Assembly (NCBI GenBank): GCA_963590725.1
Contig: CAVAQB010000092.1
Coordinates: 32,864 to 96,863, forward strand
Direction of reading: 5' to 3'
DNA: 64,000 nt
Source: Anaeroplasmataceae bacterium
GTDB taxonomy: Bacteria > Bacillota_I > Bacilli_A > Acholeplasmatales > Anaeroplasmataceae
Every line of letters starts with the position of its first letter. Within the stretch, counting starts at the first letter, position 1. The notes under the pieces were generated by a model that was not told the origin of the DNA, did not search any database, and saw only the letters and a program-made list of their open reading frames with translations. Both the position numbers and the translations under genes were made by a program. Of the stretch, positions 25,771-33,859 are shown one piece after another.

Positions 25771-26887
25771 CAATTATGTTATCATAAAGGCTTTTTATCC
25801 TTTATTTCTTATAGTTTTTGAATCCTATAAGTTCGGCGTACATTTTCACCTTCAGCGTTACCTGTTAAGGGTTGTTAACTCTTGGAGATATTTTATTCTG
25901 ATTTTTCAGGTTCAATCTCTACGCTCTACGGTGCTACAGACTCTTTAGTTTCTGTAGTTACCTCGGGGTTAAACAAAATATATTTTCGTTTTAAATAATA
26001 TTTAGCATTATCGTAAAATTGATGATTTGTCCAATCTAATAATGTTTTTCCTCCAGTTATATATAATCTATAATATTCACAAGTTTTCCCTTGTATTGTA
26101 TATTCCCTGTTTTTAAAAGGCTTAAAAAAATTCTTTATTCTTTTTCCAAATTTTAAAGAATTTAAAACAAAAGAAATATCAGTTGATCCTTTGTGACCAT
26201 CTCCATCAAAAAATCCTCTAATAAAATGTCTTATTAAATTATCAGGAATTATTTCTGGAATATCAAAATCATTATCAAAAGTTTTTTTAGGATGAATATT
26301 ATAATTTTCTAATGTTTCAAACATATGTTTGGAAGTCCATCTTAAAGTAGATTGAGGTTTACGATAATACTTTACTCCAGTTTGATTATTTGATATTTTT
26401 ATTTCTTTATACGGACATATAAATTTTTGAAATAATTTAATTGTATCTATGTCATCAATCGAATTATTAATTAAAAAACGATATGAATAACTATTATTTT
26501 CTTTTTCTTCTTTAATCATACATCCGTCAGCAATAAAAAATCCTAAAAGATATGCTTTTTCTTCAGAATCTATTACATCAAAAAAAGATTCATTAATTTT
26601 ACTATTTGAATTTTTCTTAATGTCTAAATTAAATTCCTTAATCATCTCTGATAACCTTTTAGCTGGAATATCTATTATTTCTGCAATTTCTTTAATATTT
26701 TTCCCTTTTGAATTTAATTTTAATATTTCTTCAGGATAAAATTTGTTAATATATTTTTTAAATTTCATAAATGTATAAATTTAGTTAATCCGAACTTAAT
26801 ACATTTACTCCAATTTTCAAACTCCTTCCCCGATTTTTAACAATTTTTTACATTTTATTTCTAAAATGGGAAGCTACACTATTTTTA
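25771..26887 (-). mobile_element. Group I-like intron carrying a LAGLIDADG homing endonuclease, interrupting polB
   Basis: A 1,117-nt insert separates two in-frame polB halves. Exon-1 end GGAGGU can pair with GCUUCC (26869-26874 on plus), giving a U.G wobble at the splice site. A P2-like hairpin lies at 26851-26868, the insert ends in G, and it holds a free-standing HE ORF. Confidence 0.7.
25926..26768 (-). CDS. LAGLIDADG homing endonuclease (double-motif) with N-terminal HTH
   Basis: LLGFFIADGCM and FIRGFFDGDGHK motifs. It has its own ATG and terminates with TAG. Confidence 0.85.
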   Translation of the reverse strand: MKFKKYINKFYPEEILKLNSKGKNIKEIAEIIDIPAKRLSEMIKEFNLDIKKNSNSKINESFFDVIDSEEKAYLLGFFIADGCMIKEEKENNSYSYRFLINNSIDDIDTIKLFQKFICPYKEIKISNNQTGVKYYRKPQSTLRWTSKHMFETLENYNIHPKKTFDNDFDIPEIIPDNLIRHFIRGFFDGDGHKGSTDISFVLNSLKFGKRIKNFFKPFKNREYTIQGKTCEYYRLYITGGKTLLDWTNHQFYDNAKYYLKRKYILFNPEVTTETKESVAP

Positions 26888-27790
26888 ACCTCCAAGACCA
26901 AAGTCAAACTTATAATTATGAAATATTACAGATTGCTGAAACTCACCTTTCTCTCCTTTTATTGTGATATGTTTAATAGTATCTAAAAATTTATTAAATT
27001 CAGGAGATTCTATTTTGCACCATTTTGGAATACAATCTTTTAGTTTAATTCCATTTGGTCTAGGTGTTCCTCCTGATTTTTTAAGATAATAAGGATTTCC
27101 ACCAGTTTTTCTTGCATATAAGTTTAACATTAATTCTTCTCCCATAGGAACATCTCCCATATTAAGAACATTAACATTAAATTTCTTATTTAAATCTTGC
27201 CTGAGTTTAATCTTATTCTTACCTTTATAAAGAGGATAGTCAGTTTTACCTAACGTAGTTCTTAAGAATAAATATGTAGCCCAAACATCGTTTTTATTAT
27301 ATTCTAGAATACACGTTTCATCACCTTCTTTACACCAAGTAGTATGATGAATTGGCATTTCTTCTACATTTTCCATCCTCATACATACTTCAAGATCTTT
27401 TAATGATGTCATCCTAGCTTTATTGTTATAATGCCAAATTTTATAAAGGTCTATTTGTTGAATATATTTATTCTTATCGGCAATAGTACTGAATTGTTGT
27501 TCTATTATTTCTTGAGATTTATTATATATTTTTTGAGATATTTCATATCCCGATAAATTATAATATTCAGAACTATGTCTTAATAAATGATGTTCTAAAG
27601 GATAATCATATCCTTCATTATTATATCCGACTTGCAATATTTTATCTCTTCTTAAATGAGCAACTAACTCATTATATTGATTTAGCCAAGGAGATATAAC
27701 GAATTGATACCATGTATCAGAATGAGGATCGTATCCAGTATATGTAAAGACATTACTTAAACATTCTAAATCGTAAATTTCTAGAATCAT
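26888..27790 (-). CDS. Family-B DNA polymerase, exon 1 (3'-5' exonuclease domain)
   Basis: ExoI IYDLECL, ExoII GYNNEGYDYP, ExoIII YNKNDVWAT. The ORF runs into a TAA (26885-26887) that belongs to the intron. Confidence 0.8.
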
Positions 27791-28635
27791 AAAATAGTTT
27801 TTAAATCAATACGTTCTCTTAACTCTTTTAATGCCTTACTTTTTAATTGTCCTACACGTTCTTCAGTAATTCCAAATTTAGGAGCGATTTGACTTAATGT
27901 TAAAGGATCACAATCAATTCCAAAAAACATTTGAAGAATTACTTTATATCTAGGTGCTAACTTACTTAAAACTCTTCTTATAGAAGATTTAAAAGAATCT
28001 TGAATTAAATTATTATCAGCATTAGTAGCGTTAGGATTGCTTATTATATCAACTAATGAATTCTTTTCTTCATCATCAAAAGTAGTATCTACAGAAACAC
28101 AATTTACACAATAACTATATGTTTTAGATATACTTTCTTCTGATAATCCTGTGAGTTCAGATAGTTCTCCATAAGAAGGTTTACGTCCATTAATTTTTTC
28201 AAACGTTTCGGTTTGTTTCTTTAATTGACGTAATAGTTCATTATGACCATTAGTGATTCTTATAGTATTACTTTTTAATATTAAAGCATCCAAAATAGCT
28301 TGTCTAATCCACCATACAGCATAAGATATAAATCTAATATCTTTACTTCCATCAAATTTCTTTCCAGCTTTAATTAAACCATAAGTACCTTCCTGAATTA
28401 GGTCATTAAAAGATAAACCTTGTCCTCTAAATTGTTTTGCTACAGAAACAACGAATCTTAAATTACTAGTAACTAACTTATCTAATGCTTTTTTATCTCC
28501 TAGTTTTATCTTTTTTGATAATATTTTTTCTTCATCTCTATCAATTAGAGGAATTTTATTTATATCTTTAAGATATAACTTAGTAGATATATCATCAATG
28601 TTAGTTATGCTCTTAGTTATTTTAAAATTTCGCAT
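27787..28635 (-). CDS. Sigma-70 family RNA polymerase sigma factor (regions 1.2-4.2, no region 1.1)
   Basis: Region 2: NLRFVVSVAKQFRGQGLSFNDLIQEGTYGLIKAGKKFD...YAVWWIRQAILDAL. Region 4.2: LSQIAPKFGITEERVGQLKSKALKELR. Length 282 aa. Confidence 0.85.
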   Translation of the reverse strand: MRNFKITKSITNIDDISTKLYLKDINKIPLIDRDEEKILSKKIKLGDKKALDKLVTSNLRFVVSVAKQFRGQGLSFNDLIQEGTYGLIKAGKKFDGSKDIRFISYAVWWIRQAILDALILKSNTIRITNGHNELLRQLKKQTETFEKINGRKPSYGELSELTGLSEESISKTYSYCVNCVSVDTTFDDEEKNSLVDIISNPNATNADNNLIQDSFKSSIRRVLSKLAPRYKVILQMFFGIDCDPLTLSQIAPKFGITEERVGQLKSKALKELRERIDLKTIL

Positions 28636-28931
28636 AATTTAGTAGATTTCAGAAATTCTATAATATATCCAGCATAAGTGTTAGATTCTTGTTCAGAATA
28701 CTCACCACACGAATGCCATTGAAATACGTGTAGAACTTCGTGAATAAGTGTATTTAAAATCTGTTCATCTTTTAATTTAATTAAATCTTTATTATCATCT
28801 TCTACGTGAGTAGCGATTCTAATTACATCAGTAATACTGTTATAATCTCCGAAATCTTGATTGGGTAGTGTATCCACTACCTCAATCTTGATTTCTTGAG
28901 AATTAATAGTAAATTTATCAGGTATTTTCAT
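28617..28931 (-). CDS. Small HExxH protein, ImmA/IrrE-like metallopeptidase core
   Basis: LIHEVLHVFQWH motif preceded by FGDY...IRIA, a pattern typical of COG2856-type peptidases. It overlaps the sigma start by 19 nt. Confidence 0.5.
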   Translation of the reverse strand: MKIPDKFTINSQEIKIEVVDTLPNQDFGDYNSITDVIRIATHVEDDNKDLIKLKDEQILNTLIHEVLHVFQWHSCGEYSEQESNTYAGYIIEFLKSTKLCEILK

Positions 28932-28935
28932 AAAT

Positions 28936-30153
28936 TTATTCTAAATCAAATCTAAAAATTCTAAGTTTTGGCTGTGTAGGGATTCCGTCATCAGAATAAT
29001 TAAAGAAAGTACATTCGGCTTTATGTCCTTCATATTTTTCTTCAAAATTTTCTACATATTCTGCTTTAGTTTCTCTATTTCCAACTGGCATTGCTTCAAA
29101 AGTACGACCATCTTCTAATTCACAAGTAAATGTCATATCTTCTGAACCACGTTTACCAAGTTTATATCCAACTACTTTAAAGTCTTCAGATTTATATTCT
29201 TTAATTTTAATAAGATTATTACAACGAGAACCTGGCTTATAAGGTTTAGTTGGATCTGTAATAACAGCTCCTTCAAATCCTTCTTCTACCCATTTATCGT
29301 GAAGTTCTTTCATATTATCCCAACCTGTAACGTGTTGATGATAAAGTATACGTACTTCTTGTTTAATATTATCATCTATAGGTGTCATATATACAAGAAT
29401 CCCAAGTTTATGATTCATCTTTTCCATCAAGAAATTCCAACGTTCTTGTGCTGGTATATCTGGATTAGCTATATCATAACAATCATAAACCCAATATTGC
29501 AGCCATTCACAATCATAAGCATTTTTCTCCATTCTAGCTGCACCACTAATTTGCTGCAGGGTTTTACCTCTTACAAAAAGTTCTCCATCAAGTACTATTG
29601 TAGGATTAGCTTCAAAGAATTTAACCAATGGTGTATAAGTACGTATATGCTTAGTAGAATAATCATAGTGTTCACCGCCTCTAGAAGCTGTATGCACTTC
29701 TCCGTCTTTGTAATAGAATAAAGCTTTAACTCCATCGAGCTTTCTTGATATTAACCAATCTTTATCAAAGATTTTCTTATTAGTAACCTTATCTGCTTGC
29801 TTAGCAAGTTGTGGTTTAATTACTCCAGCTTGATTTGTTTTAACTTCTCCGAATAAAGAGTTAAGTTCTTCATCTGTATATTCATTAGGGTGTTTTTCTA
29901 CTTCAATATATCCTTTATCTAGATAACCTTTAACAAAACTGTTAAATTGAAGTATTGATTGTTCTCTATGAGTACGTCCTGCTTTACCAATCTTAATCCA
30001 GGTATCTGGACTTTTAGTGATTTTACCTCTTACTTGTCCATATTCTCTAGTAATAAGAAATCCATGTTCAGGTTCTTTCCAATCTTCATCCCATTCTACT
30101 ACTACAAATCGAAACTTTCCAGTTGATGCTTTTCCTAATAGATATTTTTTCAT
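28936..30153 (-). CDS. ATP-dependent DNA ligase
   Basis: Motif I KLDGVK, motif III LDGELF, motif IV EGAVIT, motif V NLIKIK. Confidence 0.85.
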   Translation of the reverse strand: MKKYLLGKASTGKFRFVVVEWDEDWKEPEHGFLITREYGQVRGKITKSPDTWIKIGKAGRTHREQSILQFNSFVKGYLDKGYIEVEKHPNEYTDEELNSLFGEVKTNQAGVIKPQLAKQADKVTNKKIFDKDWLISRKLDGVKALFYYKDGEVHTASRGGEHYDYSTKHIRTYTPLVKFFEANPTIVLDGELFVRGKTLQQISGAARMEKNAYDCEWLQYWVYDCYDIANPDIPAQERWNFLMEKMNHKLGILVYMTPIDDNIKQEVRILYHQHVTGWDNMKELHDKWVEEGFEGAVITDPTKPYKPGSRCNNLIKIKEYKSEDFKVVGYKLGKRGSEDMTFTCELEDGRTFEAMPVGNRETKAEYVENFEEKYEGHKAECTFFNYSDDGIPTQPKLRIFRFDLE

Positions 30154-30213
30154 TAGTTATTATTATTTTCATACTGATATAATCTAAAATGTTTATTATT
30201 AATCTTATTAAAC

Positions 30214-30244
30214 AAAAAAACCTCTTGTGATTTCTCACAAGAGG
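30214..30244 (-). terminator. Intrinsic terminator upstream of the ligase-sigma-polB operon
   Basis: Perfect 10-bp stem cctcttgtga/tcacaagagg (30221-30230 / 30235-30244) with a 4-nt loop. On the minus strand it is followed by a U7 run (30214-30220). Confidence 0.75.
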
Positions 30245-30568
30245 AAAAAAATTTTGACAACATAACTATTTTAGTATATAGGCCCTTTATGCTGGGATAT
30301 ACACTTTTCTTATAAAACAAGGATATATCACACCAAACTCCTTCTCAGGTATTATTTTCGTTAACAATCTGAAATTGTCACTAAGGAGTCGTCGCCACTA
30401 ACCTATGTACACACAGTGATGTGAACACACCTGGAATTATACCAATCCTCATCATCGGATTTAGACGTTGCAAGGATTTACTCAGGCAGTTAGCTTTGAT
30501 AAGTGAATAATCACACAATTCTAATGTTTATTATGTTCAAGAACTAATTCACAAAGATGAATTAAGAT
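30245..30568 (-). ncRNA. Candidate structured non-coding RNA or regulated 5' leader; function unknown
   Basis: About 320 nt with no ORF longer than 24 codons and locally higher GC. Helices include ACUCCUU/AAGGAGU and AAUCC/GGAUU. Flanked by a promoter-like element and the terminator above. Confidence 0.4.
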
Positions 30569-30574
30569 TTGATA

Positions 30575-30605
30575 TAAATATAGAATTTAATCTTTAAAAT
30601 CCAAA
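30575..30605 (-). promoter_or_regulatory. Bacteroidota-type promoter-like element (TTTG-N19-TATATTTA)
   Basis: On the minus strand, TTTG (30605-30602), a 19-nt spacer, then TATATTTA (30582-30575). One mismatch to the -33 TTTG / -7 TAnnTTTG consensus. Confidence 0.45.
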
Positions 30606-30623
30606 AAAATTTAAATTAAAATT

Positions 30624-30929
30624 CTATTTTTGATGGTTTTTAACAAGTTCCCATATATCATTTAAAGTATCAGTTGGGATTCTCTTTCCGTCTTTATCTT
30701 CCATATATAAACTAGGGTTAAAAGACTTTTCATAGAGCCACCAATCTAGAGTATCGATTCCCTCTTCATCAAATAAATGATATATATGCATACTAAATAT
30801 TTTATGTGCATAATTAATTATAGGGCTATCAAATACAGGAATTCCTAAAACTTTAGATACTTCATCTACTTGTTTATCCCATTCTTGAAAACTTGTTATA
30901 AGTTCAATAAATTCTTTTTTACTTAACAT
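30624..30929 (-). CDS. Hypothetical protein
   Basis: Intact 101-aa ORF in the co-oriented array; terminates with TAG. Confidence 0.6.
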   Translation of the reverse strand: MLSKKEFIELITSFQEWDKQVDEVSKVLGIPVFDSPIINYAHKIFSMHIYHLFDEEGIDTLDWWLYEKSFNPSLYMEDKDGKRIPTDTLNDIWELVKNHQK

Positions 30930-31062
30930 AACTTATTTCTATATGTAAATTAATAATTCTACTATGTTTATAAGGAGGAATATCATCAATCCAATCAGCA
31001 ATAAACTTATAGTCATTGGGAAACGTATAAGTCATACAAAATAAATCATCTGTATAAGACAT
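30919..31062 (-). CDS. Hypothetical small protein (47 aa)
   Basis: Read manually: MSYTDDLFCMTYTF... Its start and stop overlap the neighbouring ORFs, filling an apparent gap. Confidence 0.35.
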   Translation of the reverse strand: MSYTDDLFCMTYTFPNDYKFIADWIDDIPPYKHSRIINLHIEISYVK

Positions 31063-31063
31063 A

Positions 31064-31228
31064 TTACATTCTAGATAAAATATCAGCTAATTCAGAATCT
31101 GAACTAACTTTAAAATATTCTTTAAGTTCTTTAACTACAGATGCTTTTTGCATTCTTAATGCTGTCATTATAGTACTACCATCATTACCTTTAAAAAGAT
31201 TGATACTGTTTTTTGCTTGTGGAGTCAT
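31064..31228 (-). CDS. Hypothetical small protein (54 aa)
   Basis: Read manually: MTPQAKNSINLFKG... It starts 3 nt after the upstream stop. Confidence 0.35.
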   Translation of the reverse strand: MTPQAKNSINLFKGNDGSTIMTALRMQKASVVKELKEYFKVSSDSELADILSRM

Positions 31229-31230
31229 AA

Positions 31231-31599
31231 TTAATACCAGATTTCAAATTCAATATATTCGTCATCTTCTAACTTATTAAATTCAGGCAAGAGAGTGTTT
31301 TTAACATAATCTCTTACTTCTTTGACATCATCAAAATAGTACTCGTCATAGTCATAAGTACCAAAGAAGAATCCTTCTGTTGTAGGAAGAAGTTTTTCAG
31401 CTTTATCATGATTTTCTAACACTTCATTACAAGTATCAAGTAAATCTTCAGCATCTCCTTTATTAATTTCAACAGGAACACAATTTTCTATTGTATAACC
31501 TAGACGTTCAAAGAAACATACTAAGAAATTAACTTTTCTAAAATAACCAATTTCTTCAGATGTTTTCTTTGACCTATTAAAATATAAATCTAATCCCAT
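31231..31599 (-). CDS. Hypothetical protein
   Basis: Intact 122-aa acidic ORF in the array. Confidence 0.6.
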   Translation of the reverse strand: MGLDLYFNRSKKTSEEIGYFRKVNFLVCFFERLGYTIENCVPVEINKGDAEDLLDTCNEVLENHDKAEKLLPTTEGFFFGTYDYDEYYFDDVKEVRDYVKNTLLPEFNKLEDDEYIEFEIWY

Positions 31600-31601
31600 A
31601 A

Positions 31602-31736
31602 TTATTTATTTGTTAAATATTCTCGAGCATCTTGAGCACCTCGCATATAATCACCAATTATACACTCTATAGCATCCTGATGTTCTTCAGGATCCATTAC
31701 CATTTCATAGGCGTATTCTTTTGCCTTTTCTTTCAT
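31602..31736 (-). CDS. Hypothetical small protein (44 aa)
   Basis: Read manually: MKEKAKEYAYEMVMDPEEHQDA... It fills the 31600-31749 gap. Confidence 0.35.
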   Translation of the reverse strand: MKEKAKEYAYEMVMDPEEHQDAIECIIGDYMRGAQDAREYLTNK

Positions 31737-31749
31737 TTTTCTATAAAAC

Positions 31750-32100
31750 TCATTCATAAGAATTGTAAGTAATTGTAGCTTTACCTTCTTTAAATTCTGT
31801 TCTCTTTACTACTGAAACAACACGTGGGTCACCATAAGGATATTTATCCAATCTATCATCATCTGCGAACATAGGTATTCCTTCAACAAGAAACCAATCC
31901 TCATCTTCAACTACTCCTTCCCAAGGTATCCAATCTCCATCGTCTAAATCCATTGATATAGAATCCTCTTTCATAGAAGCATATAGTATATCATTGTATA
32001 CTGTAGGTTTAGTGGTATATATACGGTCTATAAAATCACCCTTATCCCATTCAAAAACTATTGTTGCGTAAATCACAATTAAAATTCTTCTATATAACAA
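31750..32100 (-). CDS. Hypothetical protein
   Basis: Intact 116-aa ORF in the array. Confidence 0.6.
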   Translation of the reverse strand: MLYRRILIVIYATIVFEWDKGDFIDRIYTTKPTVYNDILYASMKEDSISMDLDDGDWIPWEGVVEDEDWFLVEGIPMFADDDRLDKYPYGDPRVVSVVKRTEFKEGKATITYNSYE

Positions 32101-32219
32101 TTTGGAAATTTCATGTAAGCATCATCAAATGCTGCATCTCTTTCATGTTCTTTACTCTCATCATACCTATTAGAATAGGTTTCTCTGTGTCCGTCTGGAT
32201 AATGTATTATAAATGTCAT
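32079..32219 (-). CDS. Hypothetical small protein (46 aa)
   Basis: Read manually: MTFIIHYPDGHRETYSNRYDE... It fills the gap between dut and 31750..32100. Confidence 0.35.
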   Translation of the reverse strand: MTFIIHYPDGHRETYSNRYDESKEHERDAAFDDAYMKFPNCYIEEF

Positions 32220-32236
32220 AATTGTTTATTTATAAA

Positions 32237-32743
32237 TTATAGGTTTCCTGTACTTCCAAATCCACCTGTTCTTTCTGTTTCATTCAGTGATTCTACTTTT
32301 TCCCATTCAAGTTTATGTACTGGTTCAAGAAGAGCTTGACATACACGTTCCCCGTCTTCAATAAAGACATCTTCTGTACCAAGATTAATAACAGGAACAC
32401 ACCATTCATTACGATAGTCTTCATCAATAAGTCCTACAGCATTGATAAGAGTTACTCCTTTCTTAATAGAAAGTCCACTTCTAGGTCTAAGTGATACTTG
32501 ATAACCTTCAGGAATAGCAGTAAAGATACCAGTTGGCAACAATGCTCTACCCATTGGAGCTATACGAACCATAGGAACTGAGTGTCCTTCTCCTGACCAA
32601 ATAACTTCAGCATCACCATAAGCTTTAATAGGATTATCTGGAGTTACTCTACTAAGATCTACACGAATATCAAGACCTGCTGCACCTTTAGTTTCATACT
32701 GTGGAAGTTTGTTGTTGCTAATGTTAATTACTTTTACTTTCAT
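32237..32743 (-). CDS. dut: dUTP diphosphatase (trimeric dUTPase)
   Basis: The five dUTPase motifs: AAGLDI, RPRSG, GLIDEDYRNEW, RVCQ, GGFGSTG. Confidence 0.9.
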   Translation of the reverse strand: MKVKVINISNNKLPQYETKGAAGLDIRVDLSRVTPDNPIKAYGDAEVIWSGEGHSVPMVRIAPMGRALLPTGIFTAIPEGYQVSLRPRSGLSIKKGVTLINAVGLIDEDYRNEWCVPVINLGTEDVFIEDGERVCQALLEPVHKLEWEKVESLNETERTGGFGSTGNL

Positions 32744-33077
32744 TGTCGTTAAAATTTAAATGATTAATAAATTCAGTTAATTTATCTATAGTACATCCGT
32801 TATCTTCTGAATAAAAAGCTTTCATATATTTGTTATTATCTAATAATAACATAAAAGGGGTCATTCTTGCAGAATAACCACCTTTTATTTTATAAGCTTT
32901 TTTCTTTTCTTTATAATGAGTCTCATCATAAGTTACAATATTTAAGTCAGGATATAAATTCTTAACTTTATTTGGAAACTCATGACAAGAATCATTATAA
33001 CAAATATACAAAATTAAATCATGATTCATAATACCACTTACCACCATCATAGGTATGGAATGCACAATATAAGTCAC
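32724..33077 (-). CDS. Hypothetical protein (possible thioredoxin-fold)
   Basis: Intact ORF. A more likely start is ATG 33029 (MNHDLILYI...), which reduces overlap with the upstream gene. No firm motif. Confidence 0.5.
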   Translation of the reverse strand: MTYIVHSIPMMVVSGIMNHDLILYICYNDSCHEFPNKVKNLYPDLNIVTYDETHYKEKKKAYKIKGGYSARMTPFMLLLDNNKYMKAFYSEDNGCTIDKLTEFINHLNFNDNESKSN

Positions 33078-33318
33078 CCCATTCTACTGATAAACAAGTC
33101 ATATCTACATCATCTTTATCTGGAAGTATATCTACTAAATCTTCCATATCATCTTCAGGAAAATCCCATTTAGATTCAAAATAAACAATCATACTATTAT
33201 CGGCATTATCATCTATCATACAATGAGGAAATCTATCATTAAAGAATCCTGTAATTTTAGATATGTTGTTTATGTTTTCACTATAAACATGAAGTTCGTT
33301 ATCACAAATATTAGCCAT
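33019..33318 (-). CDS. Hypothetical protein
   Basis: Intact 99-aa acidic ORF. Confidence 0.55.
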   Translation of the reverse strand: MANICDNELHVYSENINNISKITGFFNDRFPHCMIDDNADNSMIVYFESKWDFPEDDMEDLVDILPDKDDVDMTCLSVEWGDLYCAFHTYDGGKWYYES

Positions 33319-33859
33319 TTTTAAATTTATTAATTCCGTTTTTATTTAAAGACATTGCTACAATAGGGATTACTATTGTAGAAGGTTCATATACATCTTC
33401 ATTAGGGTTATCTCCATAATCAGTAATTTCTTTATATATTTTAGATATAGTAGTCCATACTGAATATGATTTTTTTAAAGATTTTTTATAATACAAATAA
33501 TCTAATAAATATTCCCAATAATACATATCTCCATTACATTTAGTATTAAATTCGTCATAATACCATATATGCCAATTAACACTAAATCCAAATCTTTTGA
33601 AGAAACATACCCAAATATAAGGACTACATTCATGTCTTGGAGAATTATATTTATCCTTCCATCGAACATCACAAATATCTATATCCACTATATTAGCAAT
33701 ATTCTTTAAACTAGCATAAGGACAATTATAAATAGGATTACTGAAAAAATGTATAAGTGCTTTCGGTCTTTTAAAATACTTTCTAGCTTTCCACCAAGTT
33801 TTTAGTGGATTTTCTATACATATATTAATCCATTTATTAAAATGATTATTCCACCACAT
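33311..33859 (-). CDS. Hypothetical protein
   Basis: Intact 182-aa Trp/Tyr-rich ORF. Confidence 0.6.
   Translation of the reverse strand: MWWNNHFNKWINICIENPLKTWWKARKYFKRPKALIHFFSNPIYNCPYASLKNIANIVDIDICDVRWKDKYNSPRHECSPYIWVCFFKRFGFSVNWHIWYYDEFNTKCNGDMYYWEYLLDYLYYKKSLKKSYSVWTTISKIYKEITDYGDNPNEDVYEPSTIVIPIVAMSLNKNGINKFKNG

Noticed and set aside
25771-26887. Intein as the explanation for the split polB
   Set aside because: The insert is not in frame with polB; a TAA follows exon 1 immediately. The endonuclease has its own start and stop with non-coding flanks of about 120 and 150 nt. A P1-type pairing is also available, so an intron fits better.
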